DNA from: an uncultured Phascolarctobacterium sp.
Lineage (GTDB): Bacteria; Bacillota; Negativicutes; Acidaminococcales; Acidaminococcaceae
DNA length: 64,000 nt
Reading direction: 5' to 3'
Assembly: GCA_949295115.1 (NCBI GenBank)
Contig: CASFJU010000004.1
Location: 120,153 to 184,152 of the forward strand
Of the stretch, positions 1 to 9,740 are shown piece after piece. The position numbers and the translations under genes are program-made. How positions within the stretch are numbered: the first letter of the stretch is position 1; each line of letters starts with the position of its first letter. The notes beneath the pieces were generated by a model that worked only from the letters and a program-made list of their open reading frames with translations, searched no databases and was not told the origin of the DNA.

Positions 1-388
1 ATACGGAATTTCCAAAATGGTGATGGTTTATTTGAAGAAACTGGAAAAAATTATGCTGCACGCGCTGGATACCCAGCCGTTTAAGCCGCCTGCCTCTTAC
101 GAAGAAACCAAGGCGCTGGTTAAAAACGTAATCGGCTACGGCAACAACATGGGCGAAGGCTGGCTGCTGACGGCGGAAATGCTGGAGCTTGCCAAAAACG
201 GCTACAACAATATCATCTGCGCACAGCCCTTTGGCTGCCTGCCCAATCACATCGCCGGACGCGGCATGCTTAACAAAATTAAGGAAATCGCCGAAGACGC
301 CAACATTTTGCCGATTGACTACGATTCAAGCGCTTCCAAAGTTAACCAGGAGAACCGCATTAAGCTGATGCTGGCAACGGCAGAATAA
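1..388 (+). CDS. C-terminal part of 2-hydroxyacyl-CoA dehydratase activator / DUF2229-type protein (5' partial)
   Basis: Frame is open from the window start; motif GEGWLLTAEM...ICAQPFGCLPNHI.GRG is typical of the C-terminus of CoA-substrate-specific enzyme activase fusions. Confidence 0.75.
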   Translation, partial: YGISKMVMVYLKKLEKIMLHALDTQPFKPPASYEETKALVKNVIGYGNNMGEGWLLTAEMLELAKNGYNNIICAQPFGCLPNHIAGRGMLNKIKEIAEDANILPIDYDSSASKVNQENRIKLMLATAE

Positions 389-402
389 AACGCAAAAAAA
401 TT

Positions 403-440
403 ACCCCGCTTACCATTACGGTAAACGGGGTTTTATTTTT
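403..440. terminator. Bidirectional intrinsic terminator
   Basis: ACCCCG-C-TTACC/GGTAA-A-CGGGGT stem flanked by A- and T-tracts between convergent genes. Confidence 0.75.
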
Positions 441-458
441 GTTTTTGGTTGTTACGAA

Positions 459-1445
459 TTAGTTGGTGCCCTGATAAACCATGCCCTGAATTTCGGTATC
501 GCCTTTAACCTGTACAAAGGTTACGGAGCCTGCCGGGATGTTTACGGATTTACCGGTTACAAACGCGCCGCCGATTACACCGATAGGCCCAAGCACAACC
601 ATGCCGCCGATAGTAGCGCCTGCTGCACCGGCAATGGTCTTGGCTTCCTGTTTGGCAATTTCGCCGAGGAATACTTTAACGCGGGTGTTGTCGATTGCAT
701 AAAGGAAACCGAAGTCAACGTCGATGCGTGCATCCTGACCGAACATACGCGGGCCGACAACTTTCATAACTTTGCCAAGGCCTTCAGCGCCTTTGGGGAT
801 TACGAGCACGTCGTTAACGAATACGTTATCGGCAACTTTATATTTAACAACATCGCCTGCCTGTGCGGTTTTGCTGCTCAGGTCTTCGGCAAATTCCAGT
901 TTAATTACGCTGTCTTTCGGCAGGGTAACGGTTTCAACAACTACAATGCCATCCTGGAAAGCAAGATTTGCCAGACCTTCCAGACGGCTGGCAAGGGAAC
1001 CGGTTCCAACTTCGCCGTTCAGCATGGTTTCCAGAGATTCAATGCGGCTCTTGGCCGGGCCGCCTGCCGTGCTTTCGGTAAACTGCCATTCAACTGCGCT
1101 CAGCTTGGTTAAAAAGCTTGCTTCGCCGCTGCCGGCATAACCGTTAACATAATCATACAAATTGTCAACTCTATTTAAAATCGGGTCGGTAGTAATGGTG
1201 CCGTAAATATCGTCTTCAAGGCTGTCCATTCTGCTGACCAGTGCGCCTGCCTGTTCCGTGCCGTACAAAGTTCTTTCCAGCGCGCTGATTTTTTCGCTGG
1301 CAGACATAGTTTTCGGCGCTGCGGTTTCTTCAATCGCGGCACTGGCCGAAATTTCATCGCCGCTGGCGGCTAAGGCAACACCCGGGAAAACGGACGTAAC
1401 AGTAAGCGATAAGGTTAAAAGTAAAGTAAGGAGTTTCTGTTTCAT
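459..1445 (-). CDS. Secreted/envelope hypothetical protein with N-terminal helical repeats and C-terminal beta-rich domain
   Basis: Start MKQKLLTLLL follows a GGAGG RBS; signal peptide; repeated LE..(L/I)YG/R...LE units; Gly-rich hydrophobic C-terminal segment. Confidence 0.75.
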   Translation of the reverse strand: MKQKLLTLLLTLSLTVTSVFPGVALAASGDEISASAAIEETAAPKTMSASEKISALERTLYGTEQAGALVSRMDSLEDDIYGTITTDPILNRVDNLYDYVNGYAGSGEASFLTKLSAVEWQFTESTAGGPAKSRIESLETMLNGEVGTGSLASRLEGLANLAFQDGIVVVETVTLPKDSVIKLEFAEDLSSKTAQAGDVVKYKVADNVFVNDVLVIPKGAEGLGKVMKVVGPRMFGQDARIDVDFGFLYAIDNTRVKVFLGEIAKQEAKTIAGAAGATIGGMVVLGPIGVIGGAFVTGKSVNIPAGSVTFVQVKGDTEIQGMVYQGTN

Positions 1446-1553
1446 TTTCGTACCTCCATGTTGATATATATAATCATTATAACACAAAGCCGCATAAAAA
1501 AATAGTAAACTAATTGAAAACCGGGCCCGCATTATGCTAAGCCCGGTAATTTT

Positions 1554-2459
1554 TTATGCTTTTAAATATTTGCCAAGGTTTTGCGCCACAGCGTCCTTCA
1601 TTTCATCCATTTTGGCAAAACGCCTTCTGTGCTGCGCACGTTTGGAAGGCTTTAATTCCTCCATGGATTTGCGGTATTCCGGAATGGGAATTTCGTAAAA
1701 GCGCTTGTCGTCAAGCTGGTGCCCTTCGCACTCTGCCCAAAAATCGTCAAGCGAAGTTTTCAGCTTGCGGTCGATACGCACATGGTTCATGGCGTAATAG
1801 CCTTCGTTGCTGACGGCGTAAATTTTTTCGCAGCCCAGCACATGCGCCACATTGCGGATGCCGTAGAAAATAAGGTTCTTGGTGCGGTAGCCGAAGAAGG
1901 CTTTGGTCAAGCCCTTGATAACTTCCGAACCGTTGGGCGTGCCCTGCAATGCGCCAATCCACAGCGCGGGTTTGCCTTCCTTATCCGGCGCAAGCCAGAA
2001 CATAATCTGGTACAGCGCTTCCGTATCCCATTTCAGCACCAGCGACAGGCAGCCTTCCTTGCGCTGACCGGCATGGAACCACAGCTCCAGCGTAAGCGGC
2101 TTTTCTTCATAGCTGTCCTCCCACAGGCGCAGCATTTCGCCGTTTACGTACAGCTTGCGCAGGGCTTCTTCGTTTAATTTAGCTTCCAGAAACTCCACAT
2201 GCGCTTTAATCAGCGCAATGCGCTCCGTGTAGTTGCTGTTTTTATAAAAGAACTGGCGCGTGGCCTGTTCCACAAAACTGGTGGTATGGTGCAGCATATC
2301 GCGCCTTAAGGGCGTTGCCGCAAAAAAATCCAGCAGCCCGCTGATTTCCGCACTGTGCAGCATGCAGCGCATGCGGAAAACAACGTAGCGTTTCCATTCT
2401 TTTAATATCTCTGTCTTGTACAGGCTATGCCCGATATGACTTAAAATTTCCGTATCCAT
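1554..2459 (-). CDS. VirK/YbjX (DUF535) family protein
   Basis: Motifs LWIGALQG, KAFFGYRTKNL, KTSLDDFWAE, IKPSKRAQHRRR-like C-terminus. Confidence 0.8.
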   Translation of the reverse strand: MDTEILSHIGHSLYKTEILKEWKRYVVFRMRCMLHSAEISGLLDFFAATPLRRDMLHHTTSFVEQATRQFFYKNSNYTERIALIKAHVEFLEAKLNEEALRKLYVNGEMLRLWEDSYEEKPLTLELWFHAGQRKEGCLSLVLKWDTEALYQIMFWLAPDKEGKPALWIGALQGTPNGSEVIKGLTKAFFGYRTKNLIFYGIRNVAHVLGCEKIYAVSNEGYYAMNHVRIDRKLKTSLDDFWAECEGHQLDDKRFYEIPIPEYRKSMEELKPSKRAQHRRRFAKMDEMKDAVAQNLGKYLKA

Positions 2460-2520
2460 GTCAGCCTCGCAATTGTTTGATATGTTACATTATAACACAT
2501 CGCAGGCTGCGCTGCCAGTG

Positions 2521-4638
2521 TTATGCCTTGTCGCGGTTGTACATCGGGCGCAAGCGTTCCTGCATCGGGATTTTGTCCGCCGTTGCGGCAAGCAGTGCCC
2601 ATTCGTACAGCGTGCTTTGCGCGCCGACCGGCTCCAGCCTGTTGGTTACGCGGCGGTAAGTGCCGTTACTTTGCATCATGTGCGCGCCGACGTTGTCGCG
2701 CAGGTACAAGTCAAGCACTTTTTTAATGCGCTCGATATGCGCCGGGGTTTCCACCGGGAAGAACAGTTCAACGCGGTCGTTCAGGTTACGCGGCATCCAG
2801 TCCGCACTGGACAGGAACAGCTGCTCCTTGCCGCCGCCCTGGAACCAGAAGATACGGCTGTGTTCCAGCTGCCTGCCGACGATGCTGCGCACGGTAATGT
2901 TGTCGCTGATGCCGTCCATGCCCGCGCGCAAACCGCAGATACCGCGGATAATCAGGTCTATTTTAACGCCAGCCATTGAAGCCTCGTACAGCTTCTGGAT
3001 AACAGGATAGTCAATCAGGGAGTTCATCTTGGCGATGATGTGGCCCGTGCCGCCGTTTTTAACAATGGCGATTTCGTTGTCAATCAGCTCGTAAATCTTT
3101 TTGCGCAGGCCGAGCGGCGCCATAACCAGCTTGTTCCATACCGGCGGGTCGGAATAACCGGACAGCACGTTGAAGAACGCCGATGCGTCGCTGCCGAACT
3201 GGTCGTTGGCAGTCATCAGGCCCATATCGGTGTACAGCTTGGCGGTGTTATCGTTGTAGTTGCCCGTGCCGAGATGTACATAGCGCTTAATGCCATCGGC
3301 TTCCTTGCGTACAACGAGGATAATTTTGGCGTGGGTCTTGAGCCCCATCAAACCGTAAATTACATGGCAGCCCGCTTGTTCAAGGCGGCGTGCCCACAGG
3401 ATGTTGTTTTCTTCATCAAAGCGCGCTTTTAATTCCACCAGTACCGTAACCTGCTTGCCATTTTCGGCAGCGCGTGCCAGTGCCGCCACTATCGGCGAGT
3501 TGCCGCTGACGCGGTACAAGGTCTGCTTAATTGCCAGCACGTTGGGGTCGTCGGCAGCGTCGCTGACAAATTTAACAACGGCGTCAAAGCTTTCAAACGG
3601 ATGGTGCAAAAGCACGTCGCGTTCGCGCAGAACTGCAAAAATATCGCTGTCGTCAGGCAGCTCCAGCGGGCGCTGCGGTACAAATGGCTCATACAGCCAC
3701 GGCCACATGCCGGGCAGCGAAGCAAATTTAAAGAAGCAGGTTGCGTCAAGCGGCCCGTTGATTTCATAAACCTCCTGCTCGGTAATATCCAGATTATCGT
3801 ACAGGAACTTACGGATACGGCTGTTGGCCTTATTATAAATCTCCAGCCTTACGGAAGCGCCGCGCGTACGTGCACGCAGAGATTTTTCCACTTCCTTCAG
3901 CAGGTTGTCGATGTCGTCCTCGTCAACTTCCAAATCACTGTCACGCGTAATGCGGAACGGCACAATGTCCAGAATTTTGCAGCCGCTGTACAAATCGCCG
4001 CAGTGCTCGTTGATAACGTCCTCCAAAAATACAAAGGTTCGCTTGCTCTCGCCCGGCACTTCAATCAGGCGCGGCAGTACGGAAGGCACCTGTACGATGC
4101 CCATGCTGTCCTCGCCCTCCTGATTGGTCAGCTCAACGGCAAGGTTCAAGGTTTTGTTTGCTAAAAACGGGAATGGGCGCGAAGCGTCAACCGCCATCGG
4201 CGTCAGTACCGGGAAGATTTCTTCCTGATAATAGCCTTCCAGCCAGCGGCGTCCGCCCTCGCTCAAATCGCTGACACGGCAGATGTAAATGCCTGCGGCA
4301 CGCAGCTCCTTAATCAGCGAAAGCAGATATTTGTTTAAAAGGCGCATCTGGTCGTGCGCGGATTTGCTGATTTCCGCCAGCTGCTGTTTAACAGTCAGCC
4401 CGGCGGCGTCGCGCTTGTTAATGCCGTTTTCAAACTGGTCCCACAGCCCGGCAACGCGCACCATAAAAAATTCGTCAAGGTTCGAGGCGGTAATCGCCAC
4501 AAATTTTAAGCGTTCCAGGAGCGGCGTGGTTTTAACGCCGGCTTCGCGCAGTACGCGCAGGTTAAATTTTAACCAGCTAAGTTCGCGGTTAAAAAAGTAT
4601 TCCGGTTTGTTAAGATTGATTTTTTCTTTCTTTTCCAT
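2521..4638 (-). CDS. ppk1: Polyphosphate kinase 1
   Basis: FFNRELSWL.FN.RVL, NLDEFFMVRVAGL, LLHHPFESF, ELKARFDEENN, SSADWMPRNL motifs; 705 aa. Confidence 0.97.
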   Translation of the reverse strand: MEKKEKINLNKPEYFFNRELSWLKFNLRVLREAGVKTTPLLERLKFVAITASNLDEFFMVRVAGLWDQFENGINKRDAAGLTVKQQLAEISKSAHDQMRLLNKYLLSLIKELRAAGIYICRVSDLSEGGRRWLEGYYQEEIFPVLTPMAVDASRPFPFLANKTLNLAVELTNQEGEDSMGIVQVPSVLPRLIEVPGESKRTFVFLEDVINEHCGDLYSGCKILDIVPFRITRDSDLEVDEDDIDNLLKEVEKSLRARTRGASVRLEIYNKANSRIRKFLYDNLDITEQEVYEINGPLDATCFFKFASLPGMWPWLYEPFVPQRPLELPDDSDIFAVLRERDVLLHHPFESFDAVVKFVSDAADDPNVLAIKQTLYRVSGNSPIVAALARAAENGKQVTVLVELKARFDEENNILWARRLEQAGCHVIYGLMGLKTHAKIILVVRKEADGIKRYVHLGTGNYNDNTAKLYTDMGLMTANDQFGSDASAFFNVLSGYSDPPVWNKLVMAPLGLRKKIYELIDNEIAIVKNGGTGHIIAKMNSLIDYPVIQKLYEASMAGVKIDLIIRGICGLRAGMDGISDNITVRSIVGRQLEHSRIFWFQGGGKEQLFLSSADWMPRNLNDRVELFFPVETPAHIERIKKVLDLYLRDNVGAHMMQSNGTYRRVTNRLEPVGAQSTLYEWALLAATADKIPMQERLRPMYNRDKA

Positions 4639-6192
4639 TTATCTTTCCACCCGTTCCAAAACTGCCTGTAATCCGTAAACTTCTTCAAAGAACGATGCCT
4701 TGGAAGCAAACGTCCATTCCTCAATCGTCAAATCCTCGCGCGTAACGGCTTCCACCTTCATCACGCCGTTTTTAACATTTACGCGGCAGCTTTTAATTTT
4801 CTGTTTGTAGCTGCGGTCCATTGCGTCCGCCAGACGTACCAGCGCGGCAAGTTTTGCCACCAGCGGCATAATCTCCGGCGACATTTGCTCCACGTCGGTG
4901 TGGATACTGCCGCTGAACAGCCTGTGCGCATGGTAATAGCTGGCCAGCGCCACAATCTTTTTATCCAGCTCACTGAAGCCAAGCATATCGCTCGACATCA
5001 GCAGCTTGTAGCTGTACAGCGAATGGCTGCGCAGCGATACGTACTTGCCGATATCGTGCAGCAGTGCCGTTGCCTGAAGTAAGATGCGGCTGTGGCTGTC
5101 CAGTCCGTGGTGCTTGCCAAGTTTATCAAACATCGCCACCGCCAGCTTTTCAACCTGACGGGAATGTGCCTCGTCATAATGGTAACGCCTGCCGATGCTG
5201 TGGAACAAGCTAAGCTGCTCCTGCTCCAGCTCTGCGGCGTAATCCCTGTTGGTTTTCGGCCCGATGTGCAGCAGGCAGATGCCGTCGATAAAGCGGTCGT
5301 CCGTCAGGATAATTTCCTGTACCTGCACCAAAGCCAAAAGCTGCTCGTACAATAAAATGGTCGGCACAACAAGTTCGGCAATATCCTCGTTAATTTTAAA
5401 CACTTTGATAATCTGCGGCAGGTTCAGCGCATGCACCGTTTTAAACAGCTGCATAAACTGCTCAGTCTTAATGCGGATAACGCCCGCCTTAAACTCAATG
5501 CCCAGCATCTGCAAAAGCAGCTCCGATTCCGCACCGGAAAGCACAAGGTAACGCACCTGCTCGTTTTTCAGCGCGTCCCTTACCGCGCCCATCGTGCTGG
5601 AAAGGTATTCCGCCAAAGCCTGGTTAAACTTCATCGAGCTGCGCTGGTTGCGGTTAAAGCTTTCCTTCACACGGATAACGCCGATGTTTAAATTCTGCTG
5701 GTAGCGGATAACGTTGTCCTTCACAAAGGTAATGCCCAGCCCGCCGGACGAAATATCCATCATCAGCATGCTCTCATCCACGCCGGTAAGCCCGTCCAGC
5801 TTCATCGTGCGGCGGATGGACTGATACTTGGTGTAAATTTCCTCCGGTAAATCAATAACGGTAACTTTCAGCCCCGTGCGGATATAAATCTGGTCAATCA
5901 AAAATACGCGGTTCAGCGCCTCGCGCACAGCGGTAGTCGCCTGCATGCTGTATTCCTCAACCTCGTACTCCGTCATCAGGCGCTTAAAGCCGACAAGGAG
6001 CTCACAGATTTCGTTAACCATGCTGAACGGGATAATTTTATTTTTAAAGGTTTCCTCGCCCAGACGCACGCGGCGGTTACATTCTTCAAGGATTTTAATG
6101 TTGTTCAAATTGCGGTACTGTACAATCTGCATGCTTATCATCTCAGAGCCGAGATGAATGGCCGCAAAAATTTTATATTGTTTTTTTCTCAC
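4639..6192 (-). CDS. ppx: Ppx/GppA family exopolyphosphatase with HD-like C-terminal domain
   Basis: IHLGSE, MDISSGG, ALLHDIGK, RLADAMDRS motifs; stop codon abuts the ppk1 start. Confidence 0.85.
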   Translation of the reverse strand: MRKKQYKIFAAIHLGSEMISMQIVQYRNLNNIKILEECNRRVRLGEETFKNKIIPFSMVNEICELLVGFKRLMTEYEVEEYSMQATTAVREALNRVFLIDQIYIRTGLKVTVIDLPEEIYTKYQSIRRTMKLDGLTGVDESMLMMDISSGGLGITFVKDNVIRYQQNLNIGVIRVKESFNRNQRSSMKFNQALAEYLSSTMGAVRDALKNEQVRYLVLSGAESELLLQMLGIEFKAGVIRIKTEQFMQLFKTVHALNLPQIIKVFKINEDIAELVVPTILLYEQLLALVQVQEIILTDDRFIDGICLLHIGPKTNRDYAAELEQEQLSLFHSIGRRYHYDEAHSRQVEKLAVAMFDKLGKHHGLDSHSRILLQATALLHDIGKYVSLRSHSLYSYKLLMSSDMLGFSELDKKIVALASYYHAHRLFSGSIHTDVEQMSPEIMPLVAKLAALVRLADAMDRSYKQKIKSCRVNVKNGVMKVEAVTREDLTIEEWTFASKASFFEEVYGLQAVLERVER

Positions 6193-6399
6193 ATGACCAC
6201 CTCATTTGAGTATTACTTAAATATTTCGACACGTACGCTTCAAATCCTTGCTTTTAACAAAGTTTTTACCGCGCTTTGCAATGCTTTTTACATTTTTTAT
6301 CCCTGCATGCAGGATTTTTTACTTTTGCCGGTAAATATATAATACTATGTGACTTGAACGGAACAAATTTTTAACCATAATCTGCGGGAGGGATGAACT

Positions 6400-7885
6400 T
6401 TGCAGAGGATTGCGATTATAGATATCGGCTCCAACTCGGCGCGCCTTGTAATAACGCATATTTACAAAAACGGCGCCTACAACATGGTTTATAACCAGAA
6501 GGAAGCCCTGCGCTTAAGCCAGAAGACCGACAAAAAAGGCTGCTTAACGCCGCAGGCCTTTACCGACACCATTGAAACAATGAAAAGCTTTGCCCATATG
6601 TGCAAGCTGTACCACGCCGACAGAACCATCGCCGTAGCAACAGCCGCCATACGCAATGCCAAAAACGGCGCGGAACTGACAAAGCTGGTTGAGCAGGAAA
6701 CAGGCATCAGCCTGCACATCATAACCGGCAACACCGAAGCCTATATCAGCTACCTCGGCGTAATCAACACCCTGCCGTATGAAAGCGGCATTATCTTTGA
6801 CCTTGGCGGCGGCAGCACGGAACTTATTTACTTTCACGAACGCAAAATACTGGAATCCGTTTCCGTGCCTATCGGCGCGGTAAACACCACCGCCATGTTC
6901 AACACCCGCAACGTCATCAGCCCCACGGCTTACAGCGACTTAACCTTTTTCCTGCGCACGCGCCTTTCGGAATACCCGTGGCTTAAACAGCCCAAGCTTC
7001 CGCTGATAGGCGTCGGCGGCACGGCGCGCACCATTGGCAAAATGCACCAGCGCGCCACCAGATACCCCACCACCAAAATCCATAACTATAAACTGACGGT
7101 GCAGGCCTTCCGCGGCATCTTCAACCGCCTTAAAGGCAGCACGCTGGAAGAACGCAAAAAAATCTCCGGTTTAAGCAGCGACCGCGCCGATATTATCTTT
7201 GCAGGCGCCGCTATCATCAACGCTCTTTTTGAAGTAACCGGCAGCAAACAGCTTATTACATCGGGCTGCGGCCTGCGCGAAGGGTTGTTTTTTGACTACT
7301 ACAGCAAAGAACGCAACATACCGCTGATTGCCGACGATATTTTAGCGCGCAGCACCGAAAACATTTTGAACCTGTACACGCCGGATGTAACACACAGCAA
7401 ACACGTTACGGAACTGGCGCTGCAAATGTTTGACAGCTGGAAACAGCTGCACGGGCTTGGCAAAAGCTGCCGCCGCCTTTTAAAAACAGCGGCGCTGCTG
7501 CACGACATCGGCATTACCATTAACTTTTACAGCCACGCGCGCCACGGCGCTTACATGATACAAAACGCCAAACTGTTCGGGCAACGGCGTATCCAAAAGC
7601 TATTTCTTCCGCGACCAGCTTTTTACCAGCATGCTGACCCCCAAAAACTGGGACACCGTCAACAAGCTGGCGCTGATACTGGCACTGGCCGAAAGTCTTG
7701 ATTACACACAAAGCAGCCTGCTGCAAATTAAAAGCGCAACGGTCAGCAAAACCGGCGCCAACCTTCTGCTGCACGCCGACGGCATCCCCGCCATCGAAAT
7801 GCACCAAATCCGCACGCACTTAAAATGGTTCTCCAAAACCTTCGGCGTCCCGCTGAATATCAGTTTGGTAGAAGAAAAAGAATAA
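6400..7885 (+). pseudogene. ppx: Second Ppx/GppA family phosphatase, frameshifted by an internal deletion at ~7580
   Basis: IIDIGSNSARL and FDLGGGSTEL motifs; frame 1 reads to ...QNAKLFG, then the Ppx C-terminus (NGVSKSYFFRDQ...LALAESLD...EEKE) continues in another frame to the stop at 7885. Confidence 0.75.
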
Positions 7886-7894
7886 CAAAAAATT

Positions 7895-7926
7895 AAAAGC
7901 ACCATAGCAAAAACTATGGTGCTTTT
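7895..7926. terminator. Bidirectional terminator between ppx and dnaB
   Basis: Perfect 13-bp arms AAAAGCACCATAG/CTATGGTGCTTTT. Confidence 0.8.
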
Positions 7927-7927
7927 C

Positions 7928-9283
7928 TTATTTATCCATCTTCGTCAGGCTGACAAACTTGGTGAATTGTTTGTGGAAGAACAGGTTGATGGTGCCTACC
8001 GGGCCATTACGGTGCTTGGCGACGATAAGCTCGGTGATATTTTTGTTTTCTGTTTCGGGGTTGTAGTAATCTTCGCGGTACAGGAACATTACGATATCGG
8101 CGTCCTGTTCGAGTGAGCCGGATTCGCGCAGGTCGGAAAGCATCGGGCGTTTTACCTGACGAGATTCCACGCTGCGGCTTAACTGCGACAACGCGATTAT
8201 CGGTACGTTCAGCTCACGCGCCAACGCTTTAAGCGAGCGGGAAATTTCGGAAACCTCCTGCTGGCGGTCGCCGCTTAAATTGCGTTTGCCGCTGCCCTGC
8301 ATCAATTGCAGGTAGTCGACGACGATTAAATCCAGCCCATGTTCAGCCTTTAACCGGCGCGCACGGCTGCGCATTTCCATTGCCGTTATACCCGCCGTGT
8401 CGTCGATATAAATCTGCGCCGCGCTGAGTGCGTCTGCCGTTTGTATCAGCTGCATCCAGTCTTCGTCGCGCAGTTCGCCGATACGCAGGCGCTGCGAATC
8501 TATGTTGGCTTCGGCGCAGAGCATACGCTGCACCAGCTGTTCCTTACTCATTTCCAAACTGAAAAAGGCAACAACCTTCGGCTTGCCGTCCGTCTGCCTG
8601 CCGCTGCGGATAGCCACGTTCTGCACAATGTTCAGCGAAAGCGCCGTTTTACCCATGGAAGGGCGCGCCGCCAGAATGATGAAATCACTGCCGTGCAGGC
8701 CGCTTGTCAAGTTATCAAAATCCACAAAGCCGGTAGGCAAACCCGTCAGCCCGTTTTTGTTGTTCATCAGGGCTTCCAAATCCTTAAAGGAATCCATGAC
8801 GATGTTGTTAATCGGCACAAAGTCGGTGTCCTTTTTGCGGTTGGAAATATCCAGTATTTTCTTTTCGGCAGAATCAATAATGTCGCTGACGTCCTCGCTG
8901 CCTTCGTAGCCAAGTTCTGCTATCTCGGTAGCGCTGCGCACCAGCTGGCGCAGAATCGATTTTTCTTCGACGATGCCCGCATGGTACACCACGTTGGCCG
9001 CCGTCGGCACGGCGTTGGCCAGCGAGGTAACGTAAGCAATGCCGCCCACGTCCTCCAGTTTGCCGTTTTTCTTCAAAACCTCCGTTACCGTTACCAAGTC
9101 AACGGCTTCGTTACGGTTGTAAAGCTCCAGCATGGCGTTAAAAATAACCTTGTGCGCTTCGCGGTAAAAATCTTCGGAACGCAGCTTTTCCATTACTTTG
9201 GCAATCGCCTCGCGCTCCAAAAGCATTGCACCCAGCACGGCCTGTTCTGCTTCTATGTTTTGCGGTGGTACTCTGTCAATCAT
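7928..9283 (-). CDS. dnaB: Replicative DNA helicase
   Basis: PPQNIEAEQAVLG, ILAARPSMGKT, VVDYLQLM, LSDLRESGSLEQDAD motifs. Confidence 0.98.
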   Translation of the reverse strand: MIDRVPPQNIEAEQAVLGAMLLEREAIAKVMEKLRSEDFYREAHKVIFNAMLELYNRNEAVDLVTVTEVLKKNGKLEDVGGIAYVTSLANAVPTAANVVYHAGIVEEKSILRQLVRSATEIAELGYEGSEDVSDIIDSAEKKILDISNRKKDTDFVPINNIVMDSFKDLEALMNNKNGLTGLPTGFVDFDNLTSGLHGSDFIILAARPSMGKTALSLNIVQNVAIRSGRQTDGKPKVVAFFSLEMSKEQLVQRMLCAEANIDSQRLRIGELRDEDWMQLIQTADALSAAQIYIDDTAGITAMEMRSRARRLKAEHGLDLIVVDYLQLMQGSGKRNLSGDRQQEVSEISRSLKALARELNVPIIALSQLSRSVESRQVKRPMLSDLRESGSLEQDADIVMFLYREDYYNPETENKNITELIVAKHRNGPVGTINLFFHKQFTKFVSLTKMDK

Positions 9284-9293
9284 GGCGCTCGCC

Positions 9294-9740
9294 TTATTCC
9301 GCAGCCACGGTTACGGCAAACTCTGCGGAAATTTCCGGGTGCAGTTTGGCAACTGCGGTGTATTCGCCCACGCCTTTAACGGCGGATTTAAGTTCAACCT
9401 TGCGGCGGTCGATGTCAAGCTTGGTCTGCTCAATCAAGGCTTCGGCAACGTCCTTGCTGGTTACGCTGCCAAACATTTTGCCGTTGTCGCCCACGCGCAC
9501 TTTAACAATAACATGCACTTTTTTCAGCTGAGCTGCCAGCATAACGGCTTCGTCCTTGCGCTGGGCTGCGCGGTGTGCTTCGGTAGCCTTGTTCTGTTTT
9601 GCTTCGTTCAGGTTAGCGGCGTTGGCTTCCTTAGCCATTTTGCGCGGCAGCAGGTAGTTGCGGCCGTAGCCTTCCGCAGTTTCAACAATATCGCCTTTTT
9701 TGCCTAAATTTTTAACGTCCTGCAACAGAATTACTTTCAT
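9294..9740 (-). CDS. rplI: 50S ribosomal protein L9
   Basis: MKVILLQDVKNLGKKGDIV...GYGRNYLLP; KMFGSVTSKD. Confidence 0.98.
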   Translation of the reverse strand: MKVILLQDVKNLGKKGDIVETAEGYGRNYLLPRKMAKEANAANLNEAKQNKATEAHRAAQRKDEAVMLAAQLKKVHVIVKVRVGDNGKMFGSVTSKDVAEALIEQTKLDIDRRKVELKSAVKGVGEYTAVAKLHPEISAEFAVTVAAE

